A DNA stretch of 64,000 nucleotides from Lingula anatina (lineage: Eukaryota; Animalia; Brachiopoda), in NCBI GenBank assembly GCA_051362555.1, contig CM120649.1:9362001-9426000 (forward strand), read 5' to 3'. The position numbers were made by a program, and so were the translations under genes. A model generated the notes under the pieces. It did not search any database, was not told the DNA's origin, and saw nothing but the letters and a program-made list of their open reading frames with translations. Positions 60,401 through 64,000 of this stretch are shown piece by piece. Numbering within the stretch: position 1 is the stretch's first letter; every line of letters begins with the position of its first letter.

Positions 60401-63400
60401 GAATAAAAGAAGCTACATCGAGACTTTTGAATAGAATGTGCAGTAAAATATCAATCAAAGGTAAGTGTACTCACAGACATCTATATCAGAATGTCAACAC
60501 AGGGGGGGGGGGGGGGGGGGGCATGCGACAATATACATGTATATGTGTCCAACGGAAACTCGTTGCATCATTAAATTGTAGCGCTAATTGCATATAGTTA
60601 ATGTTTAGAGGTGTGCTTTGTGTGTTGCTTATCTTGCAAAGTAAGTCTTTAGTTGTTATTATTGTATTTTCTTTCTTTTTTCGCTGCAGCTGGCATCAGA
60701 TCATTACCAAGCAATCATAGACCTGGGCCCTGTAACTCAAAAGCATCGCATATTGTGAATAGCGATATCACATACAGGCTACAGTGTATTATATTGGGCG
60801 AGTTATGGAATCAAAATGGTTGTGCTTGGTCGCAATGCATGAAGCTTTCGAGTTACGAGGCCCTGAACAGCTTCATGGTGCGGGGACCACAGTAGTCTCA
60901 ACCTGCCATATGAATAAAAATTTGCAGAATGTCTTGAGTTTTATCACTGTCCACACAGATGCCTTTCTTATGCTGACTCAGCTTTCTAAAAGGTGCCTGG
61001 TTTGCCACACATCAACTGAAGGTAAGAAAAAATCAGATTCATTTTTGAAGTAAAATTTGCTTTGTTATATTTTCATTACTACTAGTTATTAAGTGGATGA
61101 TACTTGTTAGATAAATACTAGTTATATCATTTGCAATGACTACACAACTGGTTTAATAGATTACAGTGATTTGATATTTCAGTCTGTGAGAGAATGTTCT
61201 GAAATTTTCTGTGTTCCAAAAGATGAAGACCAGGCTGAGAAACACCAAGTCGGGATACTCTCCTGCCAGTTTCAGTTGAAGGTTTATCTCTGAAAGAACT
61301 TGATTGCACTGAAGCAGCAATGCTATGGTCTCAAATGAGGAAATAGAAAGATCTCTTTGAATGCTTAACATTGTCTGACATTTTATTTTATCTTTCTTGT
61401 AGATCTGCTACTCTCTTAGAAATTAATTTTTTAATATTGTTTCAGTATAGTGTTGAGTGCCTTAATGCATTAAAAAAATTGTTGTTTGTATATGCAGAGT
61501 GTAAACTGAGTCAAACATTGTATGATTATTCAGATGTGTTTTTGTGACAGACCTGGATGATGTTATAGTAATTTAAAACTGACAAAGTTGCTCTATATTA
61601 TGTTTGATAAGCAGAACAAATCTCCTTGATCTCATGTCACTGTAATCCTTCAAACCTTTTTAATACCCTGTTCAATGCCTTGTATTTCGGGTAAATCCAA
61701 AAATAAAAGTGGTGCAGTTGGAATCCTTCTTAGTCTGTCCCTGGGAGACTTGAGTCTAATATTTGTGATTAAATGACAAAACAAAAGGGATTTTCCCACA
61801 CTTGCTACAATATTCCAATAAAATACATTTTTCTCTCTGCAGGTTCTTCAATAACATTTATTTCATGCAATTCAATCAGATGGATTAAATGTGTATTGCC
61901 ATCTTAACCCCATAGAGCCCGTCACCGCATATGTGCGGTTCAAATATCGCTTACCCCAAAAGCCCAGAACCACATATGTGCGTATCTTGGAAAGATCGGC
62001 TTCTGTACTCTTTTGTATCGTGAGTCGTGAAATGATATATAGTTTAACATCCGGGTATGTTTCTTGTCTCTCATTGCCACCATTTTTAAAGGCGATAGAA
62101 ATAAATATGAGCGAGAAAATGGCGATTTTCAAGACTTACTTGGAGAAAGTAAAATCAAGATGGCGGCTCCTCGCTACGGTAGGGACCTGCGAAGGGATAC
62201 TGTTATTGAAATGATTGAAAACCCGGACTTTGATGAGAAGTTTTCGTGTGACAGTGACATAGACAGTGACGATGATATTCCATTATTTATGATATAAAGG
62301 ACGATAGAAATATATATGAGCGAGAAATCTGCGATTTTCTAGACTTAGCTGGAGAAAGTAAAATCAAAATGGTGACTTCTCACTACGGAAGGGGCCTGCG
62401 AATGGATACTGTTATTGAAATGATTGAAAACTACGACACTGATAAGGTGTTTTCGAGCGACAGTGATATAGACAGTGGCGATGATATTTCTTTATTTATG
62501 ATATAAGTTTTATAGATGTTTTTGTCATAGATGGTGTTGAAATTTGACTTCTATTCAGCTCTGGCCACGATGGTGAGCTGAAAAGCTGGCTCAAGTATAT
62601 ACCTGATAGCTAAACGAGCATAACTTGGAAATTTATGGAGTTAACTTGCTGAAATTTCCTGGATTGAAAGTTACTATAATTGACATCATCTCTGTGAATT
62701 TTCAGGCAAAAGTATGGAGAAATAAAAAATTAATGTGCATAAGATAAATCAACTTTGTTTTATTCCACCCACTACCAAATGAAAATGTAGTTTTTAACCG
62801 ACCATAACTCTTGATACTGCGTGTTGAATTTAAATGTAATTCTATTTTCATTTAGCTTGAAATATTGGCTTTTTAAAAATGTATACTTTATATGGGTAAT
62901 AAAGGCAAACAAATAAATGATGGCCAATTTACTGAGGTGACCCGGCTTTTCAAGGCTAGCTCACAGAATTAATTGGGCACAGCAGAATTTTATGGGTCAG
63001 CATTAACCGGATCCTATGGGGTTAAATTGGTAATTTTTGGTAACACCATGGTCTTTTAAAAAAAGACACTGCATAGGGTTCTCAACTTCTCTCTTAAAAA
63101 TGGGCGGTGAAAATGATTTCCAAATAATTTAACTTCACTCTCACTTACTTTAAAATTTTGACTTCTAGAGAACCCTGCATTTAATGGTGATGATCATTTT
63201 AAATAAATTATTAAAATTTAATAAATTATTTGAGACACTTTTCTGTTATGATTGAAACAACTATATGGCACTTTCCTCTTTTTGTTTGTCACTTCATGTA
63301 ATTTTAGTATGATTAGTATTTCTGTATTACTATTTAATATTTAGTAACTTATGCTGTTCATTTTGGGCTTTTGGTTAAATTGTTATCCACTATTCAACAG

Positions 63401-63747
63401 CATCTTTGCTGCTTCTTGCAAGTCTGCAAATGGTGATGGTCAGATCTTAATACTTAGATCTCAGAATATTTCACCTTTCCATATCTCACTATACAAGCCA
63501 AGACTGGGATTGAACATTCTGTATTACTCAAATTACATACTACTTGTTAAATAAAATAATCTTTTCTGACCAGGCCCAAAGTCAAGAGTGTGAAGATGGC
63601 TTGAAGGTGCTTAAGGCAGAGAGGGAGAAATTGGAAGAGGAGGAGACGCAAATAGAGAAGAACTGCATTGAAATCAGACATGAGATGGAGAAGTATGAGA
63701 CTGTTTTAAAGGAGAACAGAGATAAGATAAGGCACTGGGAGAAAGCT
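6412..63747 (+). CDS. SMC4: Structural maintenance of chromosomes protein 4 (condensin subunit); 21 coding exons, 3' end truncated by the window
   Basis: The spliced exons give one open frame of 1011 codons. Motifs: RLMITHIVNENFKSYAG, Walker A GPNGSGKSNVIDSMLFVFGYRA, GIDLDHNRFLILQ/GEVEQIAMMKPK (Q-loop), hinge GIRGRL/GDLGAIDEKYDIAIS and RVVTLKGDLIDQSGTMSGGG. All junctions are GT-AG with matching phases. Confidence 0.97.
6597..8690 (+). mobile_element. Helentron-associated (HINE/DINE-like) element, family 1, older interrupted copy
   Basis: 5' GTACAGA...CTGTACAT hairpin, GCC/GTC microsatellite, internal repeats, and 3' end GTCTGTACATTTGACAGCTTTG..CTTG. Confidence 0.65.
8937..9079 (+). CDS. SMC4: SMC4 exon 2
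   Basis: EYQPVVVPPPPEG...PRLMITHIVNENFKSYAGVQTLGPFHK; ttctag| and |gtgagt. Confidence 0.95.
10012..13904. mobile_element. Decayed TIR DNA transposon (about 2.05 kb) with a hAT-like element inserted at its right terminus
   Basis: TIR CAGCTGTTTCACGATCAGGG / CCCTGATTGTGAAACAGCCG, flanked by TCT; internal GGGGTACGGACACTACA motifs near 10205, 11281, 11301 and 11457. Confidence 0.65.
12068..13898 (-). mobile_element. hAT-like non-autonomous element
   Basis: TIR CAGGGTTCTGCC(A/G)AGG, 6-bp TSD CAGCCG, internal tandem repeats at 12740-13110, and a short ORF (13209-13424) resembling a transposase N-terminus (KKQTSILSFM). Confidence 0.8.
14680..14750 (-). mobile_element. Solitary piggyBac-like end (same family as 61908-63021)
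   Basis: Reverse complement of TTAACCCCATAGAGCCCGTCACC(A/G)CATATGTGCGGTTCAA. Confidence 0.7.
16042..17836 (+). mobile_element. HINE family 1 copy
   Basis: TTTT|ATGTACAGACACAGATGTGTCTGTACAT 5' hairpin, (GTCGCC)n, central tandem repeats, and 3' GTCTGTACAT plus GACAGCTTTGCTGCC stem-loop; inserted in a T run. Confidence 0.85.
18003..18197 (+). CDS. SMC4: SMC4 exon 3 (Walker A)
   Basis: SFSSIVGPNGSGKSNVIDSMLFVFGYRANKIRSKK...HFQKITDTG. Confidence 0.97.
18305..18498. mobile_element. hAT-like MITE
   Basis: TIR CAGGGGCGGAT / ATCCGCCCCTG, ACCAT direct repeat on both sides, internal GTCAATGGAAAC repeats. Confidence 0.75.
18730..18909 (+). CDS. SMC4: SMC4 exon 4
   Basis: LGDDDYEVVPNSNFVVSRTAFRDNSS...GIDLDHNRFLILQ; cag| and |gtaagg. 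Confidence 0.97.
19079..19219 (-). repeat. Ngaro terminal repeat B2
   Basis: Matches 19568-19708; contains the hairpin CAGGCC-AGAAG-GGCCTG. Confidence 0.95.
19326..19708 (-). repeat. Ngaro internal B1-A2 repeat block (mimics the circle junction)
   Basis: A2 (19326-19567) abuts B1 (19568-19708) at ATTAACA|TAAAACACC. Confidence 0.95.
19919..20932 (-). CDS. Tyrosine recombinase of the Ngaro element, intact, 337 aa
   Basis: Catalytic motifs FFGFFRKANL, TKTIQF, CPV, HSFRRGGA and GDWRSDAYKLY. Confidence 0.95.
   Translation of the reverse strand: MRYACLLTGGQSECEKRLDQKIQHYRTLCYADSTKKTYTSFLRSYFQFCTFMSYVAFPVDNLTICRYVAHLAERVQASSIPKYLAVIRIIHLEMGLENPLQNNWALKTLLRGIQRDKGMATRRKLPITPEILLDMYRQLKAHCAFDMLFWAACLVAFFGFFRKANLLPLHRTSVGHHFKKRDVSFTNVGLLLLVRGTKTIQFRERQLQIPLPYVKGSPLCPVTAMTRVLLNAKDIPSDSPLFSCWIYGQNFTLTQPAFVNKLHQVLSRLGRTAQDFSGHSFRRGGASWAFSCGVPAEIIQMMGDWRSDAYKLYLETSVPTKLFFLEKIVSKLPRNEQ
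20889..22520 (-). pseudogene. Reverse transcriptase-RNase H (pol) of the Ngaro element, with two compensating indels near 21733 and 21620
   Basis: RT motifs KVDLKSAY, LPFG, YLDDFLI; RNase H motifs FTDAS, HINKKE, YTDNTT, HIPGERNTWADSISR. ORFs 21714-22505 and 20889-21542 share a frame, and the linker is recovered in a shifted frame. Confidence 0.9.
22511..23047 (-). CDS. Ngaro gag-like ORF, C-terminal part with Cys/His zinc fingers
   Basis: WVSVILFDKAYR...FRWG and CSLLNRGQCPYGRACRYEHVCLAPNCRKPH; ends QGN-stop. Confidence 0.85.
   Translation of the reverse strand, partial: VVEQVLGNGDGTQVVIKSGPKKMKLESVSQIQWATANVRILTKLLTTGELNQSGLFDYLSHTVKIGQLAETYQWVSVILFDKAYRDLQAAHKFRWGSDSPHLYAIHLRPKIPSSGIVRKDNFQKGTVCSLLNRGQCPYGRACRYEHVCLAPNCRKPHPLSQHAGQDGQQPAKSNGQGN
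23055..25307. mobile_element. P-superfamily-like non-autonomous DNA transposon inserted in Ngaro gag
   Basis: Perfect 31-bp TIR CAAGAAGTTATAATGAGAAGGAGTAGAAACA, 7-bp TSD ATCTGTA (23048-23054 and 25308-25314), and about three 211-bp internal repeats at 24328-24905. Confidence 0.9.
25308..25916 (-). CDS. Ngaro gag-like ORF, N-terminal part
   Basis: MSDGRTR...KALQIVDYVQANDTD. Removing the insertion and one TSD joins it in frame to VVEQVLG (about 381 aa in total). Confidence 0.85.
25930..26171 (-). repeat. Ngaro 5' repeat A1
   Basis: Matches 19326-19567. Confidence 0.95.
27050..27290. repeat. Degenerate ~40-bp repeat resembling the exon 5 acceptor (also at 18920-19062)
   Basis: Units of ACTGTATATTTCTGACT(A/C)CCAGGGTG; the last unit is the true ctag|GGTGAAG. 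Confidence 0.75.
27282..27446 (+). CDS. SMC4: SMC4 exon 5
   Basis: GEVEQIAMMKPKALTEHDEGMLEFLEDIVGSSRFKEPI...RAEK. Confidence 0.97.
27730..29760 (+). mobile_element. HINE family 1 copy
   Basis: Same 5' hairpin, microsatellite and 3' stem-loop as 16042-17836. Confidence 0.85.
30290..31815. mobile_element. Old foldback MITE hosting a Kolobok-like insertion
   Basis: TGCATCTGATTTGGTCTTAAAGTGCAATTTCAGAT near 30300 is inverted near 31770-31807. Confidence 0.55.
30403..31568. mobile_element. Kolobok-like non-autonomous element, copy 1
   Basis: TTAA TSD, GG termini, TIR GGTAGCAATTAACAG / CTGTTAATTGCATCC; highly similar inverted copy at 45491-49619. Confidence 0.8.
32792..33087. mobile_element. Hairpin insertion (about 75-bp arms) flanked by a 12-bp direct repeat
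   Basis: TTTAAATTATTGGTTTTCTTTTTATCAAGAGC...GTGACTGTC is inverted at 32978-33054; CATGTTACTTAT occurs at 32780 and 33088. Confidence 0.7.
33280..33570. repeat. Degenerate ~25-bp minisatellite (also at 27500-27590)
   Basis: GTGTTTGGAGTGGTATGCAGTAGT units at both ends of the same intron. Confidence 0.8.
33604..33731 (+). CDS. SMC4: SMC4 exon 6
   Basis: LNRVKAVEKDKDDLQGDRDLAVQYLQMENDITRQKNVAYQLY. Confidence 0.95.
33958..34098 (+). CDS. SMC4: SMC4 exon 7
   Basis: Open coiled-coil frame; tttcag| and |gtaagt; phases 2/2. Confidence 0.88.
34150..34510 (+). mobile_element. HINE family 2, 3' fragment
   Basis: Shares the GACCTTTGACC repeat and the CCAGCTGGTGGTACAATA..GGAGG..ATCG..TCTC end with 40723-42390. 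Confidence 0.7.
34717..34941. mobile_element. PIF/Harbinger-like MITE (inverted relative to 4891-5097)
   Basis: GACCCCATTCCCA...TGGGAATGCACCC with TAT TSD. Confidence 0.75.
34982..35132 (+). CDS. SMC4: SMC4 exon 8
   Basis: HYEELCKK...KDVKNREDLKHAKGKAKKLGK. Confidence 0.93.
35470..35691 (+). CDS. SMC4: SMC4 exon 9
   Basis: LEELRQVPEKSQQDI...KEETAGLQGEKEIKETELMELQKNVNETKSK. Confidence 0.94.
35716..36379. mobile_element. Harbinger-like MITE
   Basis: TIR GCCCCCGTTTCACAAA / TTTGTGAAACGGGGGC with CTG (CWG) TSD. Confidence 0.85.
36380..36610 (+). repeat. ~52-bp tandem copies of the exon 10 acceptor and 5' exon sequence
   Basis: TTTGATTATTTC(T/A)GTATGAGGTGGCCCAGTCAGAGCTGGAC..ATATCTGAG; only the last copy has AG. 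Confidence 0.92.
36573..36694 (+). CDS. SMC4: SMC4 exon 10
   Basis: YEVAQSELDIYLSNQKSETNKL...TISERK. Confidence 0.95.
37003..37111 (+). CDS. SMC4: SMC4 exon 11
   Basis: SVKLLERSIPETEAALQKTKKDL...LTAE; poly-T acceptor and |gtgagg. Confidence 0.92.
37304..39304 (+). mobile_element. HINE family 1 copy with an expanded 161-bp central array
   Basis: Canonical ends; CGATAACACGATAAGT recurs at 37381, 37542, 37703 and 37864. Confidence 0.88.
39412..39543 (+). CDS. SMC4: SMC4 exon 12
   Basis: VQRRRLKVEEVRSSMQASSSKSRVLAALTEAKKQGKIPGIRGRL. Confidence 0.96.
40723..42390 (+). mobile_element. HINE family 2 full copy with ~145-bp tandem repeats
   Basis: Sub-terminal IR TACCACCAGC / GCTGGTGGTA, 5' hairpin CCAGCGTGTACACTGG, repeats TTGAACTTGAATAGGAAGTCA...GACCTTTGACC, and a 3' stem-loop. 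Confidence 0.8.
42507..42709 (+). CDS. SMC4: SMC4 exon 13 (hinge)
   Basis: GDLGAIDEKYDIAISTACGSLDNVVVDSINTAQCCVEFLKKNNIGSATFMGLDKM. Confidence 0.97.
42803..43828. mobile_element. Harbinger-like MITE (CCCC.TCACAC ends) containing a nested palindromic MITE
   Basis: CCCCATCACACT...AGTGTGACGGGG; partial sibling at 58235-58690. Confidence 0.65.
43020..43385. mobile_element. Near-palindromic foldback MITE
   Basis: GGGGCATTTTGGGGTAAAAGTTGGG...AACTGTCTAATTTGC is mirrored by GCAAATTAGACAGTT...CCCAACTTTTACCCCAAAATGCCCC; ends TAGTGGGATT / AATCCCACTA. Confidence 0.85.
43980..44683. mobile_element. PIF/Harbinger-like MITE
   Basis: GGGACCATTCCCA / TGGGAATGGTCCC with TTA TSD. Confidence 0.8.
44849..45033 (+). 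CDS. SMC4: SMC4 exon 14 (hinge)
   Basis: PENVPRLFDLVRVGDDSIRTAFYFALRDTLVASDLEQATRIAYGKQRFRVVTLKGDLIDQS. Confidence 0.97.
45491..49619. mobile_element. Kolobok-like element, copy 2 (inverted), with a nested 2.96-kb element
   Basis: TTAA TSD at 45487 and 49620; reverse complement of 30403-31568 apart from the insertion. Confidence 0.85.
46064..49022. mobile_element. Non-autonomous TIR transposon with 4-bp TSD (superfamily uncertain, possibly Academ or Sola)
   Basis: 21-bp TIR CAGTCATATGGCAACTGGCTG and AGTA TSD; the empty site is visible in Kolobok copy 1 near 30995. Confidence 0.88.
50839..51738 (-). mobile_element. Internally deleted Tc1/mariner element
   Basis: TA followed by TIR CACTGAACAAAAATATAAACGCACG. 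The remnant ORF joins the HTH region (VHQSTVSRL..FRDTGS..RP) directly to PDMLPIEH...EWDNVPQATIDNLV, so the DDE core is missing. Confidence 0.88.
52105..52226. repeat. ~35-bp tandem repeat upstream of the exon 15 acceptor
   Basis: AGGTAAAGTTGTCTGGAGAACTAACTGCCATGTATT, about 3.5 copies. Confidence 0.85.
52251..52360 (+). CDS. SMC4: SMC4 exon 15
   Basis: GTMSGGGGRVSKGRMGSALVADIEPRQLQEMERELEQ. Confidence 0.96.
52475..54376. mobile_element. Tc1/mariner/pogo-like non-autonomous element inside a ~39-bp minisatellite
   Basis: TA TSD; TIR CGGTAATGTGCCAAGCATTTTGACCA versus CGGTAATTTGCCAAACAATTGGACCA; both flanks carry AGTTATAAAGCTGTTGTCATGTCTTCCT units. Confidence 0.8.
54502..54624 (+). CDS. SMC4: SMC4 exon 16
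   Basis: TCAAAEDSRVTRDRLEESVLQMEKDLKQMKLNVEKFRMEVK. Confidence 0.88.
55102..55228 (+). CDS. SMC4: SMC4 exon 17
   Basis: SLTEREVSLKDQI...KAAAPDAKQLKAMETSVSAYKT. Confidence 0.93.
55956..56007 (+). CDS. SMC4: SMC4 exon 18
   Basis: DYEKAAYFASKVEMEVQR; phases 1/2 fit the neighbours. Confidence 0.9.
56285..56422 (+). CDS. SMC4: SMC4 exon 19
   Basis: LHQDIMEYGGEELKALDTKLKKV...GAITKANVALKNSDR. Confidence 0.94.
56922..57928 (+). mobile_element. HINE family 1 copy (shorter)
   Basis: ATGTACAGACACATGTGTCTGTACAT...GTCTGTACATTTGACAGCTTTGCTGCCTTG. Confidence 0.85.
58028..58172 (+). CDS. SMC4: SMC4 exon 20
   Basis: NMKKCEAKLKSVEEEIEENK...EEEATQVMTQFDDMK. Confidence 0.93.
61908..63021 (+). mobile_element. 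piggyBac-like non-autonomous element
   Basis: TTAA TSD, CCCCATAG / CTATGGGG ends, and a tandemly duplicated (~208 bp) acidic N-terminus-like remnant (DSDIDSDDD). Confidence 0.82.
63574..63747 (+). CDS. SMC4: SMC4 exon 21
   Basis: AQSQECEDGLKVLK...LKENRDKIRHWEKA; cag| and |gtgagt. Confidence 0.93.
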
Positions 63748-63911
63748 GTGAGTTGGAATTTGCTGCTAGAAATCTTCCATTATTGCCCTTAGTTCTCCTC
63801 TGTTGCTATAGTACAAAATTAATAAATAACATCCCTGCTACAAAATATAAAATAACTAAATATACAAAATGTATAAGCTATCAAGCACAGACCTGATCTT
63901 TCATTAATTAG

Positions 63912-64000
63912 TACCACCAGCGTGTATGCTGGCGGAACTCATGGTTTTAGCGCCGGCCCTTAGTTACTATTGAAGTTGACTAGGAGGTCATATACTGGCA
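63912..64000 (+). mobile_element. HINE family 2, 5' end (truncated by the window)
   Basis: TACCACCAGCGTGTATGCTGGCGG..CTCATGGTTT matches 40723. Confidence 0.7.

Noticed and set aside
58173-63573. A missing SMC4 exon in the 5.4-kb intron 20
   Set aside because: Exons 20 and 21 join in phase 0 and, from my recollection of vertebrate SMC4, are colinear with it; I saw no coiled-coil-like exon in between.

Overview
AT-rich animal genomic DNA, probably an invertebrate such as a mollusc (inferred from a Meta-type SINE and Helentron-associated repeats). The backbone is a + strand, intron-rich SMC4 (condensin) gene. I trace 21 phase-compatible GT-AG coding exons from 6412 to 63747 (3033 nt, 1011 codons: Walker A head, coiled coil, hinge, second coil); the C-terminal head lies beyond the window. 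A probable non-coding first exon ends at 1614, and a divergent signal-peptide exon of a second gene lies at 1351-1408 (-). The introns are packed with often nested mobile DNA. The best preserved element is a Ngaro-type tyrosine-recombinase retrotransposon (19079-26171, - strand; gag, RT/RNase H, YR; A1-ORFs-B1-A2-B2 split direct repeats). Its gag is interrupted by a P-like element with 31-bp TIRs. The two most unusual signals are (1) a canonical G GGA AAC -1 frameshift heptamer directly before the gag stop that leads into the ATG-less RT frame, and (2) intron-specific minisatellites made of copies of the gene's own splice junctions, some with the acceptor AG replaced in every decoy copy. All calls were made by eye, with no database search.
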